Made by a program: the position numbers and the translations under genes. Shown piece after piece: positions 45,637-54,857 of a stretch of DNA of 64,000 nt (positions are counted from its first letter, which is position 1; each line of letters starts with the position of its first letter). This stretch comes from an uncultured Planctomycetaceae bacterium (GTDB taxonomy: Bacteria; Planctomycetota; Planctomycetia; Pirellulales; JAEUIK01): NCBI GenBank assembly GCA_964495375.1, contig CAZBWM010000023.1, forward strand, positions 2,795 through 66,794. Reading direction: 5' to 3'. Under the pieces are notes generated by a model, which was not told the origin of the DNA, did not search any database, and worked only from the letters and a program-made list of their open reading frames with translations.

Positions 45637-47265
45637 CTAAGCACTACCGAAGCGCTTTCTGATCGCCGCCGCGGCTTCCAGCGCGCGACGCCGATCGTGA
45701 GCGTCGAAGCCGAGCCACCAGGCGAGCGGCGCCCAAACCAACATGGTCAGGCCGATTTCGGCAATCAAGACAACGGGCGTGACCGCGGGGACCAAGAGTT
45801 GCACGCCGCAGGCGAGCGCGGCGAGAATCGCGCCGACCATTACGGCCGCGGCAAAACCGTGCAGCAGGTAGTGCCCAAGCCCGACGTCGAGCGTCCGCGT
45901 GACATGCACCGTGATCACGGCGCGCTGGAGCCAACTGAGCACGATCGTGGGGATCACGATTGCGGGGATCGCCCATTCCATTGGCCAGCCGACGGCCTTG
46001 GCCCAAAAGACGATGATCACCGACGCGGCAATATTGATCGCGGCGGCAATTGTCTGCACGGCGGTCAAAAAGCGGACGCGGTTCACCCCTAGCATGACTT
46101 GCCACTGGGCGCCCGTAGCGTTCGAGGCCAGATCGGCCACGGCCCAGGCAATCAAGGTCCAACTGGTCGCTTCGAAACCTGCACCCAGCCAGAAATGGAC
46201 TACCGGAAACGCGAAGGCCACAAAGACGACGGTGAACGGGACCGCCATTAATGCGCCGATGCGAGTGCCGCGCACCAACAGCTCGCGAACCAGGTCGTGC
46301 CGGCCGGAAGTGAAGTAGGCCGTCGCCAGTGGTCGCAACTGCCGGCTGAGGACTGCCGAAAAGGGTTGCGCGAAGGTCACCAAGAGGAGCGCGGGATTAT
46401 AAAATGCGGCGGCGGCCGGGCCGTAACGGCTCGAGAGCAGCGGCACGTCGGTCTGCGAGGTGAGCTTGAGCACGAGCTGTTGCACGAAGGTTACACCGGC
46501 CAGCGACGAGAGCTCGTCGACTACATTGCGACGCAGATTCCGCCCGACCAATTGAAGCGTCGGCACCACGCGCCAGGCCACGACCGCAGTCAGCACGAGG
46601 CCGATGCCCTTGGAAATTAGCATCGCGCCGGCCCAGCCGTGCAAGTCGAATTGCCACAGACCGACCGCCAGCGCGATCAACGACGCGCGGCTGATGATTT
46701 CGGCAATATGCGCAGCGTCGACCAGGTCGAAGCGATGCTCGGCCTCGACTAGCGCGCCGAGAATCGCGGTGATGAACTGCATTAGCGCGTAGGGCACCAC
46801 GAAGTAGCGCACCAGCGCGATCGCCACGACGCGATCGGGGCCGGTGATTTTCAAGAGATCGACAATCAGGCCGGCCCCGGCGAAGACCGCGACTTCGGCG
46901 ACGATGGCGGCAACGCTAAACCCCGCCAGCACGGTGGTGACCAGTTCATTGATGCGCGACAGGTTGCCGGCGGCAATGTGCTCGGCGAGTTGCCGCCCCA
47001 TGGCGGTGCGGATGCCGGCATCGATCATCAACAGCATGCCGACCAGCCAGGTCATCAAGACGATGACACCGTACCGTTCGCGCGGCATCTGGTCGACGAG
47101 AAATGCCACGATCCAGAACGAGGCGGCGCCGGCGACCACCACGTTCAACCAACCGGTCGTCGCGTTCAGTGCGAACCGCGTGGTTGGTTTCACCGGTACA
47201 AATACCTGTTGGTCCGAGTGCGATCCTCGCCACATCAGCGCGGCCGTTCGGAAAGCGTACGCCAA
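45637..47265 (-). CDS. Oligosaccharide flippase (Wzx/MOP family)
   Basis: About 12-14 hydrophobic helices, YGVIVL, DAGIRTAM, QTDVPLL; near the glycan genes. Start uncertain. Confidence 0.82.
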   Translation of the reverse strand: MAYAFRTAALMWRGSHSDQQVFVPVKPTTRFALNATTGWLNVVVAGAASFWIVAFLVDQMPRERYGVIVLMTWLVGMLLMIDAGIRTAMGRQLAEHIAAGNLSRINELVTTVLAGFSVAAIVAEVAVFAGAGLIVDLLKITGPDRVVAIALVRYFVVPYALMQFITAILGALVEAEHRFDLVDAAHIAEIISRASLIALAVGLWQFDLHGWAGAMLISKGIGLVLTAVVAWRVVPTLQLVGRNLRRNVVDELSSLAGVTFVQQLVLKLTSQTDVPLLSSRYGPAAAAFYNPALLLVTFAQPFSAVLSRQLRPLATAYFTSGRHDLVRELLVRGTRIGALMAVPFTVVFVAFAFPVVHFWLGAGFEATSWTLIAWAVADLASNATGAQWQVMLGVNRVRFLTAVQTIAAAINIAASVIIVFWAKAVGWPMEWAIPAIVIPTIVLSWLQRAVITVHVTRTLDVGLGHYLLHGFAAAVMVGAILAALACGVQLLVPAVTPVVLIAEIGLTMLVWAPLAWWLGFDAHDRRRALEAAAAIRKRFGSA

Positions 47266-47271
47266 AAACGC

Positions 47272-48384
47272 TTAGCCCGACTGCTTTTGAAAGTCGCGCA
47301 TGACTTCGGCCAGCCGCTCGACCCCCTCGCGCGGCATGGCGTTATAAATTGACGCCCGAATGCCGCCGACCGAGCGGTGCCCCTTGAGCTGGAAGAGCTG
47401 CTGGGCTTCGGCCGCCTTGAGGAACCGCTTTTCCAGATCGTCATTCGGCAGTCGAAACGTGACATTCATCACCGATCGGCAGCCTGGCTCGGCGTGGCCG
47501 CGATAGAAGCCGTCGCTGGCGTCGAGCACGTCGTAGAGCAACCGGGCTTTGGCGGCATTTTGCGCTGCCATTTTTTCAAGCCCGCCGATTTCTTCGAGCA
47601 ACCAACGCGTGACCAGCATCACGATGTAAATGCCGAACACGCAGGGCGTGTTGTAGCGCGAATCGTTCTCGGCAAAGGCCTGATAGCTCAAGATCCCCGG
47701 CAGCGACTTGGGGGAACGCTGCACGAGATCGTCGCGCATGATCACGACGGTCACGCCCGCGGGCCCGGCATTCTTTTGAGCGCAGGCGTAAACCATTCCG
47801 TAGTCGGCGATCGGCACCGGTCGCGAGAGAATGTCGCTCGACGAGTCACAGATTAGCGGCACATCCGCTGGAGGCGCGACGCCGGCCGCGCGGGGATCGG
47901 TCGACATCTGCACGCCCTGGATCGTTTCGTTCGAGGTGACGTGCAGGTAGGCAGCATCCGGGCTGAGCTTTAACTCGTCTGGGCGGGGCAGGCGGTTAAA
48001 GGCAGTATCGGCGCCATCCCACACGGCACGCACGGGGCCTTCGAGGGCGGCCTCTTGCTTGGCTTTCTTCCCCCAGGAACCGGTGACGAGGTACTCGGCC
48101 GTGCGACCGCTGTCGCGCAGCAGGTTCATCGGGATCATGGAGAACTGTAGCGCCGCGCCCCCTTGGAAGAACAACACGCGATAGTTTTCGGGAATGCCGA
48201 GCAGCTTGCGGAGATTGGCCTCGGTTTCGGCCAGGATCTCATCGAAGGGCTTCGAGCGATGGCTGATCTCGAGCACCGACATGCCGACACCGGGCAGCGC
48301 CAACAGGTCGCGCTGCGCTTGTTCGAGCACTGGCAACGGGAGCACCGCCGGCCCCGAGGAAAAATTGAAAACGCGCTCGGCCAT
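47272..48384 (-). CDS. serC: Phosphoserine aminotransferase
   Basis: FNFSSGPAVLP, EISHRS, QGGA, NETIQG, DSSSD, AQKNAGPAG, NTPC, GHRSVGGIRASIYNA. Confidence 0.98.
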   Translation of the reverse strand: MAERVFNFSSGPAVLPLPVLEQAQRDLLALPGVGMSVLEISHRSKPFDEILAETEANLRKLLGIPENYRVLFFQGGAALQFSMIPMNLLRDSGRTAEYLVTGSWGKKAKQEAALEGPVRAVWDGADTAFNRLPRPDELKLSPDAAYLHVTSNETIQGVQMSTDPRAAGVAPPADVPLICDSSSDILSRPVPIADYGMVYACAQKNAGPAGVTVVIMRDDLVQRSPKSLPGILSYQAFAENDSRYNTPCVFGIYIVMLVTRWLLEEIGGLEKMAAQNAAKARLLYDVLDASDGFYRGHAEPGCRSVMNVTFRLPNDDLEKRFLKAAEAQQLFQLKGHRSVGGIRASIYNAMPREGVERLAEVMRDFQKQSG

Positions 48385-48593
48385 AATTGCTGATTCTCCG
48401 CACGCCGCGGGGGCGTGGTCAGGAACTAAAACTCGTACTGGTTGTTTAATCTCTCGGTTCGTCGCGCCGGCGAGACCGCACCTTTGGGGGGCCGCACCGT
48501 GACCGGTCAGGCTTTGCTGCTCCGTGCTAGATGCGCCACGTGGCGAATCCGTTCGCGCGTCCGAATCGTGGGTCAGTCGAGTCAGCTCGTAGC

Positions 48594-48674
48594 CCGAACG
48601 GTGTCAGGAACCGATTCAAATGCGAGCCAACGATTGGTGGCCGGCCGTTTGAATCGGTTCCTGACACCGTTCGG
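48594..48674. repeat. REP-like palindrome with perfect 27-bp arms
   Basis: ccgaacggtgtcaggaaccgattcaaa (48594-48620) and its exact reverse complement (48648-48674) around a 27-bp spacer. Confidence 0.9.
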
Positions 48675-48925
48675 ATGTCGGTTCCAATTCGACTGACCCA
48701 TGACTCGCCGTCGCGGGCAAGCCGGGTATTGTAGGGCCGAGGGGCCACCCGCTGGAACGGGGGGGCGCCGGGCTTCGACAGAATGATTCGCCGGTTCGCC
48801 GATCAGGCAGTGGTAGTTCGACGAGCGCTGTCTAAGAGCACTCGATTCCCGCTGCGGTCGGTTGGCTGCCGGTGCCCGAGCATCGTATACTCAAATTAAA
48901 GTCCTTCAAGGAGTTACCTATCGCC

Positions 48926-49879
48926 GTGACCGGTAGTTCGCCCGCAATCGCCGATTCCAATGTGCCTGCATACCAGGGGGCCGGCGGCGAGCCCGCCTGG
49001 ACGCGGCAGTTCATTCTCGAGGTGGGCGCTGCCCGCAGCGGCACCAATTTCCTCGGCGAAGTTCTCTCCCAGCACCCGAAGCTGGCCTACTGGCGGCGCC
49101 CGAAATACGTGTGGCGCTACGGCAATGCCTGGAAGCCCGACGATTGCCTCACGGCGGCCGACGCTCGCCCGCGCGTGCGGCGCTACGTGCAACGGCGATT
49201 CGGCGAGTTTCTCGAGCGCTCGGGCCGCGAGCGGCTGTTGGTCTGCACGCAGGCCAATTCGCTGGCCCTGGACTTCGTCGACGCGATTTTTCCGCACGGC
49301 AAGATCGTGCACATTATCCGCGACGGGCGCGAGGTCGCGGCGTCGCAAAAAGCGGAATGGCAGATTCATAACGCGGTGTTCAAAAGCAAGGGGAGCCGGC
49401 CGCCATTCGTGACCCTCGTGGCCCGGCGATTGCGCGAAGTGCCGCTGGCCGACCTGCCCGCGTATCTGCCGGAATTTTTGGGCACTACGTGGACGATGCT
49501 CAACGGAAGCAAGTACCGCTACAGCATGGGGCCAAAGATCCGCGACTGGCGCCAGCGCTCGCGGGGTATGGATCGCCTGGCGTTTGGCGCGCTCACCTGG
49601 CGCGAATGCGTGACCGCTGCCCGCGAGGTCGGCCGGCGGTTGCCGGCGTCGCGTTATTACGAAGTGAAGTTCGAGGATGTCGTGTCGCGTCCCGACGTGA
49701 CGATCCCCCCGCTGTTGGATTTTCTCGAGTTGCCGCCGTCGCGCGAGATCGACGAGTTCATCGCCAAACGGGTCGATCGCAGTGTGTCGGGCAAGTGGCT
49801 CACCCGGCTGACGCCTGACGAAATGGCGCTCATCATGCCGATCATCGGCGATTTATGCCGCGAGCTCGGGTACGTGTAA
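48926..49879 (+). CDS. PAPS-dependent sulfotransferase
   Basis: 5'-PSB motif GAARSGTNFL and 3'-PB motif HIIRDGREVAAS. Start inferred at GTG 48926. Confidence 0.88.
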   Translation: MTGSSPAIADSNVPAYQGAGGEPAWTRQFILEVGAARSGTNFLGEVLSQHPKLAYWRRPKYVWRYGNAWKPDDCLTAADARPRVRRYVQRRFGEFLERSGRERLLVCTQANSLALDFVDAIFPHGKIVHIIRDGREVAASQKAEWQIHNAVFKSKGSRPPFVTLVARRLREVPLADLPAYLPEFLGTTWTMLNGSKYRYSMGPKIRDWRQRSRGMDRLAFGALTWRECVTAAREVGRRLPASRYYEVKFEDVVSRPDVTIPPLLDFLELPPSREIDEFIAKRVDRSVSGKWLTRLTPDEMALIMPIIGDLCRELGYV

Positions 49880-49880
49880 C

Positions 49881-50600
49881 GTGAACGACACCGCCGACGG
49901 CGATCGCCAGCAAATTCTCTCCGACATTCGCGCCGAATACGCGCGCCGCACCGAACGCTGGAACCAGTTTGATGAAGCGCGCCGCCAGGCGAATGCCACG
50001 CTGTTGGAGTACACGCTACGGGCCTACGACCGGCTGCTGTCGCGCAACGGCCTGCTGCCACTGGGGGACCGCAGCGTGCTGGACGTGGGTTGCGGGCGGA
50101 ACGAGGTGCTGGTCGCCTGCCGCGAGCGCTGGGGGCAGACCGCGCCGGAGCTGTGTGGAATCGATTTGCTGAGCGAACGAGTCGCGGCGGGAGTGCGTGA
50201 TGCGCCGTATTTGCGGCTCGTAGCGGGCTCGGCCGATCGACTTCCCTGGGGGGACGAGCAATTCGACCTCGTGCACCAAGCCATGCTTTTAACGTCGATC
50301 GTGGACGCGGAGTTTCGGCGGCGAATTGTCGCGGAAATGCGTCGCGTCACGCGACCGGGCGGGTGGGTTCTGTGGTACGACTTCGTCTGGAATCCGACGA
50401 ATCGCGCGGCCCAAGGCATTGGCTTGCAAGCCATGCGAGCGTACTTTGGGGACTGGAGGCTGGTGGATCGGCAACGCGTGACCGTGGCTCCCCCGCTGGC
50501 ACGGCTTTTGAGCCGCGTCTGGGCGCCGTTGGTCGGTGTGGTCGAACGCTGCCGCGTGCTGAATTTCTGGGAGCTGGCGCTGTTGCGCAAACCTGGCTAA
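49881..50600 (+). CDS. Class I SAM-dependent methyltransferase
   Basis: VLDVGCG, GSADRLPW, EQFDLV, RVTRPGGWV. Confidence 0.9.
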   Translation: MNDTADGDRQQILSDIRAEYARRTERWNQFDEARRQANATLLEYTLRAYDRLLSRNGLLPLGDRSVLDVGCGRNEVLVACRERWGQTAPELCGIDLLSERVAAGVRDAPYLRLVAGSADRLPWGDEQFDLVHQAMLLTSIVDAEFRRRIVAEMRRVTRPGGWVLWYDFVWNPTNRAAQGIGLQAMRAYFGDWRLVDRQRVTVAPPLARLLSRVWAPLVGVVERCRVLNFWELALLRKPG

Positions 50601-50705
50601 CGGACCGCAACGCGCAAGGCGTCGGCCAGGGAGCAAGCGGAGCAGCAAACGCCATGCGCGGGTGGATTTCTCGCTCGCAAAGCATGGCGACGAAGAGGCC
50701 ATTGC

Positions 50706-52082
50706 GTGTTCATGCGTCGACGAAAACGGGGCGGGCCTGACGGCAGTCCCGGCGAGCGCTGGGTGATCCTCACTCAGTACTACCCGCCGGAGCCTGGCGC
50801 GCCGCAAATCCGTTTGCATACGTTGGCCACGCACCTGCGCCAGGCGGGCATTGAAGTGCGCGTGCTCACCGGCATGCCCAACTACCCGCAGGGGGTCGTC
50901 CACGAAGGCTATCGCCGCAAGCTCTACGCGACCGACGTGATCGACGGGATCCCCGTCACCCGCGTCTGGCTGTACGCGGCGACCGGCCGCAGCATTTTTC
51001 GCCGGTTGGCCAACTACCTGTCGTTCACGTTCACGGCGACCTGCTACCTGCTGTTCATGCGGCGCATCGACATGCTGTTCGTCGAGTCGCAGCCGATTTC
51101 GCTGGGGATTGCCGGGGTGATGCTCAAGTGGTTCCGCGGCATTCCCTACGTCTACAACATCCCCGATCTGCAAGCCGACAGCGCCAAGCAGTTGGGGTTT
51201 GTCGGCGCGCGGATTCTGCTGCACATTGCCGTCGGCATGGAACAGTTCTTCATGCGGCAATCGTGGACCGTCTCCACGGTGACGCATCGCTTCATCGATT
51301 ACTACGTGGAGCGCGGCATCCCGCGCCCCAAGCTGACGTTTTTGCCCAACGGCGCTGACATCGATGTGCTGCGCCCCCTCCCCTACGATGAAAAGTATGC
51401 CGAGCGCCTGGGAGTCCGCGGCAAGAAGGTATTCACCTACGCCGGCACGCACGCGTACTATCACGGGCTCGAAGTGCTGATCGAAGCGGCCCGCCTGCTC
51501 CAGGATCGCCCCGACATTGTGATCTTGCTGGTCGGGCAGGGGCCCGTGCGCGAAAACCTTAAACGCATGGCGCGCGTCTACGGTCTCGAGAACGTGGTGT
51601 TCGGCGATTCCCCGTTCGCCGAAATGCCGCAATTGATGTCGATTACGTATGCCTCGGTCGTGGTGATGAAAGACATCGAAACGGCCGAAAAAATGCGGCT
51701 CTCGAAAACCTTTCCGCCGCTGGCCTGCGGGGTGCCCGTCATTCACTCCGGTCGTGGCGAAGCAGCCGATCTGATCGTCGAACGAAATTGCGGGCTGTGC
51801 GCCCCGCCCGATTCTCCCAACGATTTGCAGGACGTGATTCGCCGACTTGCCGATGACCGTCCGCTGCGCGATCGGTTGGGGCAAAATGGTCGCCGCTTCA
51901 TCACCGAAGAGCTCTCCTGGGAAACGATCATCACCCGCTGGCTCGCGCAGCTCCGTGAGTTGCGGGCGAACGAGTCGGATCGTGGCGCCGCGTCGCCGAA
52001 CGAGGTCGCCCCGTCGCGCGAGCAAGATCCGCGTCATCAGTCCGTCGGCGCTCGGCGCTCGGGCGAGGCGGATGAACCATGA
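50706..52082 (+). CDS. Glycosyltransferase family 4 (WbuB-like)
   Basis: TQYYPPEPGA, GMPNYP, RRLANYLSF, FTYAGT. Confidence 0.92.
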   Translation: MFMRRRKRGGPDGSPGERWVILTQYYPPEPGAPQIRLHTLATHLRQAGIEVRVLTGMPNYPQGVVHEGYRRKLYATDVIDGIPVTRVWLYAATGRSIFRRLANYLSFTFTATCYLLFMRRIDMLFVESQPISLGIAGVMLKWFRGIPYVYNIPDLQADSAKQLGFVGARILLHIAVGMEQFFMRQSWTVSTVTHRFIDYYVERGIPRPKLTFLPNGADIDVLRPLPYDEKYAERLGVRGKKVFTYAGTHAYYHGLEVLIEAARLLQDRPDIVILLVGQGPVRENLKRMARVYGLENVVFGDSPFAEMPQLMSITYASVVVMKDIETAEKMRLSKTFPPLACGVPVIHSGRGEAADLIVERNCGLCAPPDSPNDLQDVIRRLADDRPLRDRLGQNGRRFITEELSWETIITRWLAQLRELRANESDRGAASPNEVAPSREQDPRHQSVGARRSGEADEP

Positions 52083-53455
52083 TCGAAACCAGCACGCCGG
52101 CCGGCGCACAGTTGACCGATCGTACCGTGGCCGTGTTCGGCATGGGCTACGTCGGTACGGTCTCGGCGTGTTGCCTGGCCGATCAGGGCGCCCAGGTCAT
52201 CGGCGTCGAGATCGTTCCCGAAAAGGTCGCGGCGCTCAACCGCGGCGAAGTGCCGTTCGTCGAGCCGGGGGTGCCCGAGTTGGCACGCGGGCTCGTGGCC
52301 TCGGGCCAACTGCGAGTCGTCAGTGCGGCCGCCGAGGCGGTTGCCGCCGCCGACACGGCGCTCATCTGCGTGGGCACACCAAGCGGCGCCGACGGCAAGC
52401 CCGACTTCAAACGATTGTTCCAGGTCGCCGAGCGCATCGGCCAGGCCATGCGCGAGCGGAAGCGACCGCTGGATGTGGCCATTCGATCGACGGTGCTCCC
52501 CGGCACGGGCGAAGAGTTCGCCGCCACGCTGGCCCGTGAATCGGGCGGCATTGAAGGGCGCGATTTCCGCGTCTTCATCAATCCCGAATTCCTTCGCGAA
52601 GGAACGGCCGTCGCCGACTATCACCAGCCGCCGTTCACGGTGGTCGGCGCACGGCCCGAGGACGATGCCAGCGCGCTAACGAGCTTATACGCGTCGCTGC
52701 CGGCGCCGGTGTTCGTGGTGCCGCGCCGCGAGGCAGAGCTCGTCAAGTACGCCTGCAATTTGTTCCACGCCTTGAAGGTGGTCTTCGGCAACGAAATCGG
52801 ACGCATCGGCAAGGCCGCGGGCATCGACACGCATCATTTGATCGACATCTTCTGTCACGACCAGAAACTCAATCTGTCGCGCAACTACTTGAAGCCGGGC
52901 TATGCCTTTGGTGGATCGTGCTTGCCGAAAGACTTGCGCGCGATTCTGGCGTTTGCCGCCGAGCAGTCGCTCGATTTGCCGATGCTGTCGTCGGTGCAGG
53001 AGAGCAATCGGCAGCAGGTCGAGCTGGGATTCCAACTGATCGAGCGGCAAGCGAAGCGTCGGATTGGACTGGTGGGTTTGGCGTTCAAGCCCGGCACCGA
53101 CGATCTGCGGGAAAGCCCGCTGGTGTTGCTCGCCGAAAAACTCGTGGCGGCTGGCTATGAACTGCGCGTCTTCGACCGGCACGTCGCGCCGGGCCAAGTG
53201 ATCGGTGAGAACCGCGTGTTCTTACGCAAGCACCTTCCGCAGGCCGCCGAGCTGGTGACCGACAAATTGGCAGATGTGCTACACTGGGCCGACGTGCTGG
53301 TGATCGGCAATCGCTTGCCCGAGGTCGATGAGTTGCTGGCGCGGGCCCGCGAAGATCAAGTCGTGGTCGATCTGATTCGCGCTGCCGAACAACCAAGCAC
53401 CCGGGCGACCTATCACGGCCTGGGTTGGGAACTCGAGCGCCAACCGCCCGTGTGA
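52079..53455 (+). CDS. UDP-glucose/GDP-mannose dehydrogenase family (AlgD-like)
   Basis: GMGYVG, ICVGTP, NPEFLREG, KYACN...LKV.F.NEIG, GGSCLPKD, GLAFKPGTDDLRESP. Confidence 0.93.
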   Translation: MIETSTPAGAQLTDRTVAVFGMGYVGTVSACCLADQGAQVIGVEIVPEKVAALNRGEVPFVEPGVPELARGLVASGQLRVVSAAAEAVAAADTALICVGTPSGADGKPDFKRLFQVAERIGQAMRERKRPLDVAIRSTVLPGTGEEFAATLARESGGIEGRDFRVFINPEFLREGTAVADYHQPPFTVVGARPEDDASALTSLYASLPAPVFVVPRREAELVKYACNLFHALKVVFGNEIGRIGKAAGIDTHHLIDIFCHDQKLNLSRNYLKPGYAFGGSCLPKDLRAILAFAAEQSLDLPMLSSVQESNRQQVELGFQLIERQAKRRIGLVGLAFKPGTDDLRESPLVLLAEKLVAAGYELRVFDRHVAPGQVIGENRVFLRKHLPQAAELVTDKLADVLHWADVLVIGNRLPEVDELLARAREDQVVVDLIRAAEQPSTRATYHGLGWELERQPPV

Positions 53456-53596
53456 GCGCAGAGCATGATTGCCGGTGTGCCCGGGGCCAGTAGCCGCGCG
53501 AGCGAAGCACTCGCCGGCGCCGAGCGCAGCAGAAAGTTGTGGGGCCAAGGAGATACGGGGCCAGTCAGGGGTTAGTGAAGGTAGTTAACGGTTGCG

Positions 53597-54817
53597 ATGC
53601 GTCTGTTGTTGTTAACTCAGTATTTCCCGCCCGAGATGGGTGCCCCGCAGGTGCGCTTGTCGGAGTTGGGTGAGCGCTTGATCGACCGCGGCTGGGAAGT
53701 CGAGGCGCTCACGGCGGTGCCCAACTATCCCACGGGCCGCATCTTTCCGGCGTATTCGCGGTGGCGCGCTTGCCGCGAGCAGATTGGCCGCATCAAGACG
53801 GTGCGCGTACCGCTGCTGCCGGCACGCACCGGCTTCATCAAGCGACTCGTGTCGTACTTCTCGTTCGTCTTCTCGGCCTGCTGGTACGGCCCGCGGATGT
53901 GCGCGCGGCCCGACATCATGCTGGTCGAATCGCCCCCGTTGTTCATCGGCTACGCGGCCCGTTATTTGTCCTGGCGCTGGGATTGTCCTTACACGTTCAA
54001 CGTCAGCGATCTGTGGCCCGAGTCGGCGATCCGCATGGGCATATTGCGCCCTGGCTTTGCCACGCGACTGGCCGAGCGGCTCGAGCTGTCGCTCTATCGG
54101 CAAGCCTCGGCCGTGACCGGGCAATCCGAAGAGATCATCGCCGCCGTGCGGAAGCGCGTGCCCGAAACTCCCAATGAAGTGATCACCAATGGCGTGGCGC
54201 CGCGGCGCTTCGGCAAAGACAAGGCGAACCCCGCGATCACCGGCCTGCTGGGCAACGAGCCGGGGCCAATCTTCATTTATGCCGGCTTGTTCGGTTTGGC
54301 CCAGGGGCTCGATCAATTGCTCGACATCGCGGCCGCCTGGCCCGCGGAGGTCCCTGGGCGATTTGTGCTTGTCGGTGATGGCCCAGCGCGTGAGTTGATT
54401 CAAGATCGGATTCGCGACGAAGATCTGTCGCGGGTGCGCGTGCTGCCGGCCCAGCCGCGTGAAGATATCCCCGCGCTGTTGGCGGCTGCCGACGTGGCGT
54501 TTATCAGCTTAGGAATGTCGATCCCCGGCGCGGTGCCGAGCAAGATCTACGAGGCCATGGCCTCGAGCCTGCCCATCGTGCTCATCGCCGATGGCGAGCC
54601 GGCGCGGCGCGTGGAGCGCGCGGGCTGTGGACTGGTGGTTTCGCCCAACCACACTGAGGAGGCGCGCCAGGCGTGTCTCAAGCTGGCGCGCGATAGCTTC
54701 CTGCGCGAACAACTGGGGGCCGCCGGCCGCCGTGCCGCCGAGCAAGACTACAATCGCGAGAAGATCGCACAGCGGCTCGATATTTTTCTGGCCCGCGTCG
54801 TGGCGAATCCCAAGTAG
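53597..54817 (+). CDS. Glycosyltransferase family 4 (WbuB-like)
   Basis: TQYFPPEMGA, AVPNYP, ESPPLF, DLWPESA, YAGLFG, PSKIYEAMA. Confidence 0.93.
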   Translation: MRLLLLTQYFPPEMGAPQVRLSELGERLIDRGWEVEALTAVPNYPTGRIFPAYSRWRACREQIGRIKTVRVPLLPARTGFIKRLVSYFSFVFSACWYGPRMCARPDIMLVESPPLFIGYAARYLSWRWDCPYTFNVSDLWPESAIRMGILRPGFATRLAERLELSLYRQASAVTGQSEEIIAAVRKRVPETPNEVITNGVAPRRFGKDKANPAITGLLGNEPGPIFIYAGLFGLAQGLDQLLDIAAAWPAEVPGRFVLVGDGPARELIQDRIRDEDLSRVRVLPAQPREDIPALLAAADVAFISLGMSIPGAVPSKIYEAMASSLPIVLIADGEPARRVERAGCGLVVSPNHTEEARQACLKLARDSFLREQLGAAGRRAAEQDYNREKIAQRLDIFLARVVANPK

Positions 54818-54857
54818 TCGGCAAGCGACGGTTGCTATCGCTGTTGACCCGTCGCAC

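Noticed and set aside
48385-48593. Riboswitch in the serC leader (glycine, ZTP or serC motif)
   Set aside because: Conserved cores of these families were not found; only generic GC hairpins.
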